IMG/VR virus record: IMGVR_UViG_3300037309_000103
Location: 1-51,383 of that record
Length of the DNA: 51,383 nt
Source: a virus
Taxonomy: Duplodnaviria; Caudoviricetes
Strand: one strand, 5' to 3'
Below the pieces are notes generated by a model. That model saw nothing but the letters and a program-made list of their open reading frames with translations, ran no database searches and was not told the origin of the DNA. The position numbers were made by a program, and so were the translations under genes. Positions within the stretch are counted from its first letter, which is position 1. Each line of letters opens with the position of its first letter. This document shows, in pieces, positions 17,785 to 26,580 of the stretch.

Positions 17785-20700
17785 TTACCTCAGAACGGAG
17801 ATCATGAACTGGAAGTATTCGGGGTCCTTCTTGGCAAACTCGACGGGGTCGCGGTAGATCTGTTCGAGCCCCATGCTCACAACCTCGGTGTTTAGACCGC
17901 CGTAGCTCTTTCCGACGTAGTAGGCGGACGAGCCAGGGAAAACGCGACCAAAGTCGTCAGCGGCACCTTGCTCGTTGTCATCGAATCCATTTGCGGGGAA
18001 GCGGTCTTTCAGCTTAACGAGTTGCTCCCCTTCGGTTCGGTACGTCACAAAGTCTACGGCAGCCTGGAGCACGCCAGGCTTTGTAACCTCGATGTGGTGT
18101 CCGATCTCGTGGGCGAGCGTGGCCTCGTTGATCGTTCCAGCCGTCCGGTTCGTCGTGACCAGAGGGTGATTCGAAGCCCGCGTGTATTTCTTGGTGAAAC
18201 CGTTATCCGCGTAGTATGCCCGTCCGGTCGTGTCCTCAGCCACGGTAAAGGGCTTGAGCGATCCCGACTTCTCGGAGGTGACAGAGCCGACCCAGTCGCG
18301 AACCTTGGTCGCCTGCTCCAGGTCTGGCCCCTCGATCGGTTTCACCCCTTCCGCGCCGTAATCCAGTTGCACTCCCATGCTCAGCGCATCCCGGTGCCCA
18401 CCGTGGCTCGCTTTCATGTGGTCGGCGAACACTTGTCTCGCCTTTGCGGCGAGTTCCGTTCTTTGGTTGTAGGCGATTGCGACCTCTCCCTTCAACCGGT
18501 CGGCTTCCTTCTCGGCCGTCTTCCATTCCTTTGTCGCCTGGATCTTCTCCGATCGGGTGGCGGTGGCCGGCATCGTCACTCGCTTCGACCACAAACTCTG
18601 AGCGTGGTCGCGAGCCTCACCTAACTTGCGATGAGCAGCATCCACGTCGGCAGCCTCGGCCAGCGGCTTGATCTTGTCGAGGAACCCGAGCATCAAATCG
18701 CGGCTCTGGGTGTCCTCGCGGATCGCCTTCGCAACCGGGTGATCGGGGTTCTTCTGCTGATAGTCGACCTTCGGCTCTTCCTTGACCGGAAGGACCTTGT
18801 CAAGCCGTTCCTTGATCGGATCCTTGTTGGGATCGCGGTCCTTCTTCTCCCGCTTGATCGTCTCGTCCGTGTCGAAGTCCATGTCGAGATTCGCCCGGTT
18901 CTCCTTCGACCAGTCGAGCAGCGCCTTGACCCGCTCCGCCTTGGCCTGCTTCCCACGTGCAGAATCGAGGAACTCCCGCTGAAACTTCTTCAGCTCCGGG
19001 ACCGTCATCTTTTCCAGGTGTTCGGCCATCGTCTTCACGTCGGCGTGGGTGACGGGCGTGGTCTTCGACAGGTGTTCGCGGGCCGACTCGACGTGCTTGG
19101 CGATCTCGTGCTCCGTGTCGGGGTGCTCGCCGCACGGCACCTGCTTTCCGTCCCGATAGCACCTCGCCCGACCCAGCGAGTCCTTGTACCGGCCGTTCGC
19201 CGGCGACTTCCGGTCCGAGGCGAACACCGTGCTGCCACCGTCGGAGAACGTCGCGGCAAATAGCCCCGCCGACAGCATGTCGAAGTCGTCCTCGTCGACC
19301 TTGGGCAGAGGCACTCGCTCGGCGACGGGAGTTGGGATTGGGGCTGGCGCGGGCTGCTCCCGGTTTAGTCGCTCCCCGATCGCCTTCGCTTCATCCGCGG
19401 TCTTCGCGATGATCCAACGCGCCGGCACTCGTGTCACCCCGTCCCGCTCGGCCCAGGCCAGCCGGTGGTGGCCGTCGACGACGTACTCGCCGCCGTCGGC
19501 CGGGTCACGCCACGCGGCCAGTGGGGGACACTTCTTCGGGTCGAACTTCTCGGCAGGAAGGTCGCGAACGGTGCCATCCTCGGAGTCGTGGCCGCGGCGG
19601 AACTGGAACCGGACGGGGTCGGCGAGCAGCCGCGCAGTCGGCACCTGCACGACCGGGCCGAGCGGCTCGACTGCGGATACTGTCTGGAGAGGCAACGCGG
19701 AGAACGTCGCCGTGGGCGGCGTGACAGGCGGCGTCTCGACGGCCGTCGCGGGAGTGGGCTTCGCGGCCCAGACCCAGCCGGTTTGACCGCCGCGGCGAAC
19801 GGCCTTGCGGAACAGCTTGGTTGCGGCGGCGAACTTCGCCACGTCGAGCCCGAACTGCTCGTGCATGTCGCCGGGGAAGTGCCCGTGTTTCGTCGGCAGG
19901 AAGAACTCGGCGTATCGCGCGGCGTCCGTCGGTTGAAACGGGGTCGCAGATGTCGCCGCGAACTGATCGGCCGGCGGGGTCGATCCTGCCTCCGGTGCCG
20001 GGGCTGTGGGCGTCGGCACGGGTGTGGTGCCGGTCGCGGCCGGGGCGATCGCGGGAATCCCGCCTGGACCCGGTTCCGGCGGAGAACCCGGCGGCGGCTG
20101 GTCGTCCGGGCCGCGGAGCTCGTCTTCCGGGTCGTCCGGCGGCGGGATCTGCGTGATCTCGTGAACGTGCTTCGCGCTGATCTTCAGTCCGAGCGACTTC
20201 GCCTCCTGGATCACGTCGAGCTGCGACTTCGTTTCGGCCCAGTTCACGCCGCCGAGGAGGATCCGGGGGATGCCGGCGGTGGGGAAGTTCGGCCGCACCA
20301 GGTGCGGGGCGACCTGCCGCATCAGCACCCGGCCCACGGCCTTCGCCAGCAGGAACTCGCCAGGGTCCGAGCCAGCGTGCTTGCCGACATTCGAGCTGCC
20401 GCGGGTGTCGCCGCTGCCCTGCCCCTGCATGAACGGCAGATACGCGCCGCGGATGCCCGTGACGATCGACTCGCGGGATGTGGTGACGAGGTCCTTGAAC
20501 GCTTCGAGGCTCGTCGCGGCCGCGATGTTCAGGATCGCGACGTCGTCTTCCTTTGGGCTGACGATCACCCCGGCGGCCCGAGCGTCCTGCAGCGCGTCGT
20601 ACATTTGCTGGAACCGGGCCGATCCGGTCTTCGCGTCCACCTTGCCGTACAGCACAGGCAGTCCGAAGACCCGAGCGCCCGTGTGCCAGAGGTACATCGC

Positions 20701-21396
20701 GTCTTCGAGGATGTTCGCGTCCCGATAAACCGACCGCATGTCGGCCTGGCCGAACGGGTTGGTGAACAGCTCGTTGTGCGTGAACAGGACGCACGTCGAC
20801 GGGTCGTAGTCCTCCAGCCCGCGGATCGTGTTCACCACCCCGACGAGGTTGCGGAACTGGTCGAGCTGCAGCCGCATGTACGCGGTGTCGAGCCAGCGGA
20901 CGTGATCAAGGCCCGCCAGCCCCCGCCAGCGGCCGTGCCCGTCGGCGATCTTGAGCTTCAGGTTTCCGAGCGACCACCCGTCGACGAACCCGCCGACCAG
21001 CATCGACCGGATCAGGCCGTCCGACCCATCGCGGGAGTCCTCGATCGACCACTTCACGAATTCCGCCGCCTTGCGGTCCTCCTCGCGATCCTTGTCGCAA
21101 GGGATCACGACCAGGTCGAGCCCGGCGACGGCCGCCGCCTTCCCCTCGATCGACGCCTTGATGAACGACTCTCGCCGGTACAACTCGCGGAAAGCGAGCC
21201 GCATCTCGGACGTCTCGCCGCCGTAACGGTCGAGGTCGAGCGGGCCGCGGTAGGGCTGAGGCCAGACGTCGGACCAGATCTGGTCGCGGAACGGGATCGG
21301 GCGTTGAGGGACCGGGCCGACCGGCGCGAGGGGGGTCGACTCGGCGATCGCGGCCGACCGGGAGCCGCCGAATAGGTTGCCGAGAAAACTGAACAT
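17785..21396 (-). CDS. Portal protein (DUF935/Mu gp29-like) fused to ParB-like and zincin metallopeptidase domains
   Basis: Follows terL; NPFGQADMRSVY and VFGLPVLYGK portal motifs; VVDGHHRL (ParB-N); AHEIGHHIE...TEVVSMG (zincin). Confidence 0.8.
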   Translation of the reverse strand: MFSFLGNLFGGSRSAAIAESTPLAPVGPVPQRPIPFRDQIWSDVWPQPYRGPLDLDRYGGETSEMRLAFRELYRRESFIKASIEGKAAAVAGLDLVVIPCDKDREEDRKAAEFVKWSIEDSRDGSDGLIRSMLVGGFVDGWSLGNLKLKIADGHGRWRGLAGLDHVRWLDTAYMRLQLDQFRNLVGVVNTIRGLEDYDPSTCVLFTHNELFTNPFGQADMRSVYRDANILEDAMYLWHTGARVFGLPVLYGKVDAKTGSARFQQMYDALQDARAAGVIVSPKEDDVAILNIAAATSLEAFKDLVTTSRESIVTGIRGAYLPFMQGQGSGDTRGSSNVGKHAGSDPGEFLLAKAVGRVLMRQVAPHLVRPNFPTAGIPRILLGGVNWAETKSQLDVIQEAKSLGLKISAKHVHEITQIPPPDDPEDELRGPDDQPPPGSPPEPGPGGIPAIAPAATGTTPVPTPTAPAPEAGSTPPADQFAATSATPFQPTDAARYAEFFLPTKHGHFPGDMHEQFGLDVAKFAAATKLFRKAVRRGGQTGWVWAAKPTPATAVETPPVTPPTATFSALPLQTVSAVEPLGPVVQVPTARLLADPVRFQFRRGHDSEDGTVRDLPAEKFDPKKCPPLAAWRDPADGGEYVVDGHHRLAWAERDGVTRVPARWIIAKTADEAKAIGERLNREQPAPAPIPTPVAERVPLPKVDEDDFDMLSAGLFAATFSDGGSTVFASDRKSPANGRYKDSLGRARCYRDGKQVPCGEHPDTEHEIAKHVESAREHLSKTTPVTHADVKTMAEHLEKMTVPELKKFQREFLDSARGKQAKAERVKALLDWSKENRANLDMDFDTDETIKREKKDRDPNKDPIKERLDKVLPVKEEPKVDYQQKNPDHPVAKAIREDTQSRDLMLGFLDKIKPLAEAADVDAAHRKLGEARDHAQSLWSKRVTMPATATRSEKIQATKEWKTAEKEADRLKGEVAIAYNQRTELAAKARQVFADHMKASHGGHRDALSMGVQLDYGAEGVKPIEGPDLEQATKVRDWVGSVTSEKSGSLKPFTVAEDTTGRAYYADNGFTKKYTRASNHPLVTTNRTAGTINEATLAHEIGHHIEVTKPGVLQAAVDFVTYRTEGEQLVKLKDRFPANGFDDNEQGAADDFGRVFPGSSAYYVGKSYGGLNTEVVSMGLEQIYRDPVEFAKKDPEYFQFMISVLR

Positions 21397-21429
21397 GGGG
21401 TCCGCCCGGCGGGGGATTCCGCACCGGGC

Positions 21430-21454
21430 AGCCTAGCGGACGTGGTTGCCTGAC
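21430..21454 (-). promoter_or_regulatory. Late-type promoter for portal
   Basis: GTCAGGCAACC-N8-TAGGCT. Confidence 0.7.
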
Positions 21455-21464
21455 AGGGCTGACA

Positions 21465-21722
21465 TCACTCGTCGCGGCAAATTGTCAGTTCACAGCCCTT
21501 GGGGACGATGAAAGCCCCCTCCCGGCACTGCTTGACCAACGTTTGGGCGAACTCGTGGCGGCCCGACTCGGTCATTCGCCACCCGCCCGTGAAATTCGCT
21601 TGGACACGCACGCCGTCCACGATCACGACGACTGGCGGTTCGGGCGGCAGCGTTGCTAAGGGAGGAACCCGGCCGATGCCCCCGGCATTGAACAGTCGCT
21701 TCAAAAAAGACAGCATCGTCAT
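21465..21722 (-). CDS. Small hypothetical protein
   Basis: ATGA overlap with the terL stop, AAGGAG RBS. Confidence 0.5.
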   Translation of the reverse strand: MTMLSFLKRLFNAGGIGRVPPLATLPPEPPVVVIVDGVRVQANFTGGWRMTESGRHEFAQTLVKQCREGAFIVPKGCELTICRDE

Positions 21723-23104
21723 CTCCTTCGGTGTTGGAACATTCCAGGCCGCTCGGGGCGGGCAACCCGGGCCGCGGCACCGGTTTCGGTGCGGTAGGGG
21801 TTGCCGACTGACGACATGTTCGACTCGTGGCGGACCTTCCGATCCGCGTAGCGCATGGCGTCCATGCCGTGGTCGTTCTCCGCGATCGGCTCGTCCTTCA
21901 GGAACCGCGGGTCGTACACGTAGCCTGCCAGTTCTTCGAGTGTGCTCGTCGGCCGGCCGTCATTGATCAGGGTGGCGTCCGGCTCGTGGTCGAGGGCGTG
22001 CGGGTGGAAGAACACCGACGGGCGGTTGTCCTCCTTCAAATCGAACCGCTCCTGGCAGTCGCGAATACCTCGGTCGCGGTCTTCCTTGTCCGCCAGCTCG
22101 CCGCGGAGTCCGGACGCCTCCTCGAACTGCGACTTCGCGTCCGGGTCGTTGTGGTCGCACACGATCGCCTCGGGCTGCGGCTCGTCCCCGCGGTCGACCC
22201 ACGCCCGGGCAACCCGGCCCAGTTCGTGCGCCGGCAGGCGGGTCTTGTAGACCTCCCGGCAGAGATACATCCGGCCGTCGCCGTCGTAGGCCCAGACCTG
22301 GAGCACGGTCGGGGCGGACAGACCCCAGTCGATCGACCACACCCGCCGCCAGTGCGAGGGCGGCATCCAGCCCATCGGGAAGTTGTGATGGGCAGGGTCG
22401 TAGGCGTACACCTGGCCCTCGGCGGACACCCACTTCCCCTCGTAGAAGCGGGACCGCCGCGCCCCCGTCATCTTCTTGAGCCGCCCACCAACGTAGCGGT
22501 TGCCGTCGGCCGTCCACTTCCCGGCGGCCTGGTCGTAGAACCGCGGGTTCTCCCAGTGGTGGGTCGCGTACAGCGTGCAGGCCCCCGCGAGGCACCGCTT
22601 GTAGAGCCAGTGGTGCGGTGTCGTCGGGTTGCAGTCGCCGATGATCTGGTCGTACGCCCCGGCCCCGGCCCGCAGCCGCCCGCCGAGCGTCTCCCAGTCC
22701 GTCAACGCCAGGTCGGTGGCCTCATTGACGTAGATCAGGTCCCATTCGGACGACAGCACCTTGTCGGGCCGGTCCATCCCGGCGGTGACAAGCACGCTGC
22801 GGTTCGGGAACTTGTAGGAGTGGCGGTTCATCCGGTCGATCGGCTTGCCGATGATCACGTGTCCGTCGCCGAGGACGTCCCGTTCCCATGTGACCAGCGC
22901 GGTCTCAGTGAGGCTGTGGCGGGTCTTCCGGACGATCAGCATTCGCGCACCGGGGTAGTCCTGACCGAATTTGAGGACCTTGCAGAGGTTGGACAGGGTT
23001 TTCCCCGTCCCGGCCGCGCCGGCCAGGAGTAGCTCCTTCGACGTGGTGTCCCGGTAGGCGGCGAGGTTGCCCCCGCAGAGCCGGAACCGCTTGCTACTCA
23101 CCAT
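21719..23104 (-). CDS. terL: Terminase large subunit
   Basis: Walker A GAAGTGKT, Walker B IYVNE, coupling motif DCNP, nuclease IDWG...NDHGMDAMRY. Confidence 0.92.
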   Translation of the reverse strand: MVSSKRFRLCGGNLAAYRDTTSKELLLAGAAGTGKTLSNLCKVLKFGQDYPGARMLIVRKTRHSLTETALVTWERDVLGDGHVIIGKPIDRMNRHSYKFPNRSVLVTAGMDRPDKVLSSEWDLIYVNEATDLALTDWETLGGRLRAGAGAYDQIIGDCNPTTPHHWLYKRCLAGACTLYATHHWENPRFYDQAAGKWTADGNRYVGGRLKKMTGARRSRFYEGKWVSAEGQVYAYDPAHHNFPMGWMPPSHWRRVWSIDWGLSAPTVLQVWAYDGDGRMYLCREVYKTRLPAHELGRVARAWVDRGDEPQPEAIVCDHNDPDAKSQFEEASGLRGELADKEDRDRGIRDCQERFDLKEDNRPSVFFHPHALDHEPDATLINDGRPTSTLEELAGYVYDPRFLKDEPIAENDHGMDAMRYADRKVRHESNMSSVGNPYRTETGAAARVARPERPGMFQHRRR

Positions 23105-23732
23105 CGGGCTCACCCGGCTCGGCCGTCGGCGGTGGGACGTGGTCCGGCCCCTCCTCGACCACGAGCGGGGCCGGCGGCGGTTTGCCCGCGTCCTTGTCCC
23201 GCCCCTGCCCGACCAGTTCCTTGATCTCCGCCAGCAGCCGCAGCGCCGCGATCCGGCTGCCTGTCCTCACCTTGCGAGCGTACCCCTTCAGCCGACGCTT
23301 GCCGGGCTGGCCGGGGACCGGCTCGTACAGTTCCTCGCTCTCGACCCCCTCGACCGCGGCGCGTACGTCCGCCGGCCACTTGTCCGGCGGGAGCAGGCGA
23401 CCTCGCTCGTCGAACAACGTGGCGCGGTCGGCGTGGGCGATCGCGGCGATCCCGGCGACGATGGCGTTCGAGGTCTGTTGCGCGGCAATCATTGCCTGCT
23501 CGCGGACCTTCCGCATGTACGCGACCACGTGCGGCTTGCGGGACATCCGCCAGGCGAGCTGCTGGGCGGACGAATGGGCGACGGGCGGGAACCCGGCGGA
23601 CAGGTAGGCGTCGGTGAGAGACTTGCCGTCGAACACGGCGTGGACGAAGCGGATCTGCGGGGCCGTCAACGAGTCGCTTTCCGCGGGGTCGTCGGGCCAT
23701 CGGTCGGCAGGGTCAGGGGTTGGCTCGCTCAT
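23094..23732 (-). CDS. terS: Terminase small subunit
   Basis: LTAPQIRFV...LTDAYLSAGF...AWRMSRKPHV HTH; directly upstream of terL. Confidence 0.85.
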   Translation of the reverse strand: MSEPTPDPADRWPDDPAESDSLTAPQIRFVHAVFDGKSLTDAYLSAGFPPVAHSSAQQLAWRMSRKPHVVAYMRKVREQAMIAAQQTSNAIVAGIAAIAHADRATLFDERGRLLPPDKWPADVRAAVEGVESEELYEPVPGQPGKRRLKGYARKVRTGSRIAALRLLAEIKELVGQGRDKDAGKPPPAPLVVEEGPDHVPPPTAEPGEPDGE

Positions 23733-23740
23733 CACCCGTC

Positions 23741-23765
23741 AGTCTGGCGGGGCGGGTTGCCTGAC
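23741..23765 (-). promoter_or_regulatory. Late-type promoter for terS-terL
   Basis: GTCAGGCAACC-N8-CAGACT, start codon 5-8 nt downstream. Confidence 0.7.
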
Positions 23766-23775
23766 GGGAGGCTTG

Positions 23776-24045
23776 TCAGTCTTGGGGAAGCACGAACTCG
23801 ACATCCACCTTGTCCGACAACGCGATGGAGTGCATCGCCCGCAGCATGTCGCTCATGGAGTAGTACATCGTGTGGCCGTCAGGCGGGTTCTGAAAGGGGT
23901 GCCGGCAGATCGGGCAGCCCTCCAGCCGTCGCCCGCCCGCGGTCGCCAAGTCGACATCGGTCACGACGCCACATCCGGGCTCCTTGCACCGCAGTCGCAC
24001 GACTTTCAACTCGGACAGCAGGAACCGGAACAGGTGCTCGGGCAT
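23776..24045 (-). CDS. Zinc-ribbon protein
   Basis: CKEPGC...CPIC; GGAG RBS. Confidence 0.6.
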   Translation of the reverse strand: MPEHLFRFLLSELKVVRLRCKEPGCGVVTDVDLATAGGRRLEGCPICRHPFQNPPDGHTMYYSMSDMLRAMHSIALSDKVDVEFVLPQD

Positions 24046-24161
24046 GGTCTGGCTCCGTGAGGGATGCCGCATTCTACCACACTCTCCCGTATCCGACTCT
24101 CCCGCCAGCGAATACACTTTCTGACGACGACCCCCGTTCCCCATCGTTCGGAGTCCCCCTC

Positions 24162-24725
24162 ATGCGAACCGCCGTCTACCTCGCACTGCTTGCCGCGCTT
24201 TCAACGGTCGCCGCCGACCCGAAGGCGAAGCCGATCCCCGGCCTGAAGGACGCCCAGGACCGGTACGCCGCGGCCCTGGCGAAGGCGAAGAAGGAGCACG
24301 ACCAGGCGGTGAAGGACGCGGCGGGGTTCTACGTGGCGTCCCTGAAGGACATCCAGGCGGAGCGGACGAAGGCGGGGGACCTCGACGGGGCGGTGAAGGT
24401 TCGGGAGATGGCGGCGGAGGTGGGGGCGGAAACGGGCGGGGAGAAGCACCCGGTCGGGACGTGGCGGGTGACGTACGCTCCTGACACAAATCGAGAATAC
24501 GCGATCGACGCGAAAGGGCGAGTCACCTGTGTTGCGGACCGGCTGGCCGGAACGATGAAGTACGTCAGCCCCGGCGTGTACCTTGTGGATCTGAACGACG
24601 GCAAAATCGAGCGGTTTACCGCCGTCAAGGACTACTTCCTGGTTGAGCATTACAACCCCAAGTCGTCGTATGCCGACGGTCGCGGGCCTGTGAACCGCTA
24701 CGGAATCGCCGCGGTCAAGAAGTAG
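24162..24725 (+). CDS. Secreted protein (moron-like, opposite strand)
   Basis: Signal peptide MRTAVYLALLAALSTVAA; TKAGDLDGAVKV helical motif; beta-rich C-terminus. Confidence 0.7.
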   Translation: MRTAVYLALLAALSTVAADPKAKPIPGLKDAQDRYAAALAKAKKEHDQAVKDAAGFYVASLKDIQAERTKAGDLDGAVKVREMAAEVGAETGGEKHPVGTWRVTYAPDTNREYAIDAKGRVTCVADRLAGTMKYVSPGVYLVDLNDGKIERFTAVKDYFLVEHYNPKSSYADGRGPVNRYGIAAVKK

Positions 24726-26316
24726 GCAGCTTGTGAAGCATCCAATCCCAGTCGTACTTCCGGAAGTAGCTGAGCGGGTGGGACTTCAATTCCGAGGCGT
24801 CTGCCTCCACGAACCCGGCCTCGGCGAATCGGGCATTCCACCACGCGAGCGACTCGATACACCCATTCGTCGGGTCTTCTTCCTCCGCGTTGCGGTTCTG
24901 CCGCTCGAACAGGTCGGTGGTGTCCAGCACCGTGAACACGATCCCCCCTGGCTGTAAGACGCGGCGGAACTCTCTGAGGATGAATGGCACAAGATCCTTC
25001 TTCCAGTGTTCGCCCACCTGGTTGCTATGAACCAGCCGGAAGGACTCGTCGCCGAACAGGTGCAGATTGACCGCGTCGCAGACGTAGAGCGGGACCGGAA
25101 ACCGCCTTCGACCTTGCTCGATCATGTGGTTGTTCAAGTCGACGCCGTACACCCTGGCACCCGCCTTGTGCATTCCGGTCGCTATGCTGCCGCACGCGCA
25201 TCCGACGTCGAGAACCGGCTCGCCTTGCAGCCTCAGCGACTCGACGAGCCACTTGCCGTACTGCTCCTGCCACTCGCCGTGGCCAAGGTAATCAAGGCCA
25301 GCGGCGCGGTGCTCGTCGTAGTACTCGACGTGAAAGCTCTTCGACTTCAGCATGTGAGACCTCGTCATGGGGTTGGACTTCAACGGCTCGACGCAAAGCA
25401 TCCCCGCCACCTCGGTCGCCAGGTCGACGCCGACGTGCGAGTAGGTTCGGAACTCGTAATGGTCGCGGAAGTAGTTCCAGACTCGCTCGTGGTGCGCCGG
25501 CGGAATCTCCCTGTGGCGTTCGGGCAAGAGGTGAACGACGTTCGGGCAGAGGTCGTAGAAGTTGACTGGGTGATGCTGCACCCACACGATGCGGGCCGGC
25601 GTCGGGGCAGCGCCGAACACGTGGCCGGGGCCGCTGTCGATTCCCACGCACGCTGCGGAGAGGGCGGCAAGGGCCCCGATCGTCTCGCCGTCGCCGCTCC
25701 CGCCGTGCATCCAAAGATCCCGTGCAGAGAGATGTGAGCAGACGGTCACATTGCGGTGCGTGAGGAGGTCCGGACTAATTCGGTTGTCCCAGTCTAGAAC
25801 GACAAGTCGATACCCATACTCACCACACAGGTTCGCGGTGGGGATCAGGTCGGCGTCCGAGAGATTCTTCTTCTGTGGGCTCGTGTTCCCCTTGTTGTGG
25901 GCCAGCACGACACGGAACCGGCCCTCCGGAGTGGTGCCGACCCCGAGCGAGGAGAGATAGGATTTCGCCCGCGACAGGGCATCCGCACTGACGCTCACGG
26001 AGTACGACATCAGTTCTGGATCGGGGTCGACACCGAACACCTCGCGCAGACAGTTTGTTACTTTGGTGGAAGGGCAGTCGCCGTAAGCGTTGTAGTTCTC
26101 GTGCCAACCAAGATCGAAGACGTGGTCGTAGACCCGTGAAAGTCGATCTCGGTCGGCGGAAGACTGGCGACAAAGGCCGCGGAAAAGCGTGTGCTTGCCA
26201 ATGCCGCTGACGACGTCCACGTTCCAATCGGGCCGGTACTTTTGCAAGTGCTTCAGCACCACGGTGAGCTGCACCGCGTCGCCGAGGCCGTGTGTGAACC
26301 GGATCAAGACGTCCAC
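24715..26316 (-). CDS. GT9 (heptosyltransferase-like) glycosyltransferase fused to a class I SAM methyltransferase
   Basis: THGLGDAVQL and VGIDSGPGHV GT9 motifs; VLDVGCACG...YGVDLN...CDAVNL MTase motifs. Confidence 0.8.
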   Translation of the reverse strand: MDVLIRFTHGLGDAVQLTVVLKHLQKYRPDWNVDVVSGIGKHTLFRGLCRQSSADRDRLSRVYDHVFDLGWHENYNAYGDCPSTKVTNCLREVFGVDPDPELMSYSVSVSADALSRAKSYLSSLGVGTTPEGRFRVVLAHNKGNTSPQKKNLSDADLIPTANLCGEYGYRLVVLDWDNRISPDLLTHRNVTVCSHLSARDLWMHGGSGDGETIGALAALSAACVGIDSGPGHVFGAAPTPARIVWVQHHPVNFYDLCPNVVHLLPERHREIPPAHHERVWNYFRDHYEFRTYSHVGVDLATEVAGMLCVEPLKSNPMTRSHMLKSKSFHVEYYDEHRAAGLDYLGHGEWQEQYGKWLVESLRLQGEPVLDVGCACGSIATGMHKAGARVYGVDLNNHMIEQGRRRFPVPLYVCDAVNLHLFGDESFRLVHSNQVGEHWKKDLVPFILREFRRVLQPGGIVFTVLDTTDLFERQNRNAEEEDPTNGCIESLAWWNARFAEAGFVEADASELKSHPLSYFRKYDWDWMLHKLPTS

Positions 26317-26352
26317 TGCGAACCCCCAATCGAAGAGAGAAAGGAACCCCCG

Positions 26353-26580
26353 ATGGCCGAACCGAGCAAGCGAGTCGCGGCGATGCAGCCGACCGACTGT
26401 TCCGACCAGTACACGGTCGCCCCCGATGTCCTCATCGAGGCCCGGTCGATGATCGTACACGTGGCGGGCAAGCGGCTGGAGGGGGAAGAGGCCCGCCGGT
26501 TCCTGGAACTCGTCCTCGCGCCGCCCGACTACTACACCGCCACCCGCGCCGCCGCGGCGTTCGCGGACAAGTGCGGCTGA
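26353..26580 (+). CDS. Small hypothetical protein (opposite strand)
   Basis: AAGGA RBS; MAEPSKRVAAM... Confidence 0.45.
   Translation: MAEPSKRVAAMQPTDCSDQYTVAPDVLIEARSMIVHVAGKRLEGEEARRFLELVLAPPDYYTATRAAAAFADKCG

Noticed and set aside
19365-19660. ParAB partition system / plasmid prophage
   Set aside because: Only a ParB-N-like domain inside the portal ORF; no ParA, ParB HTH or parS array seen, and the element abuts chromosomal genes
19465-21375. Long antisense/alternative-frame ORFs (also 27919-29916, 21827-23032, 7729-9096, 48734-49939)
   Set aside because: GC-rich shadows of well-supported minus-strand genes; Arg/Pro/Gly-rich with no motifs
21797-21810. Additional partial GGTTGCC matches (also ~12890, ~33943, ~38339, ~44841)
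   Set aside because: They lie inside coding sequence and lack the full box
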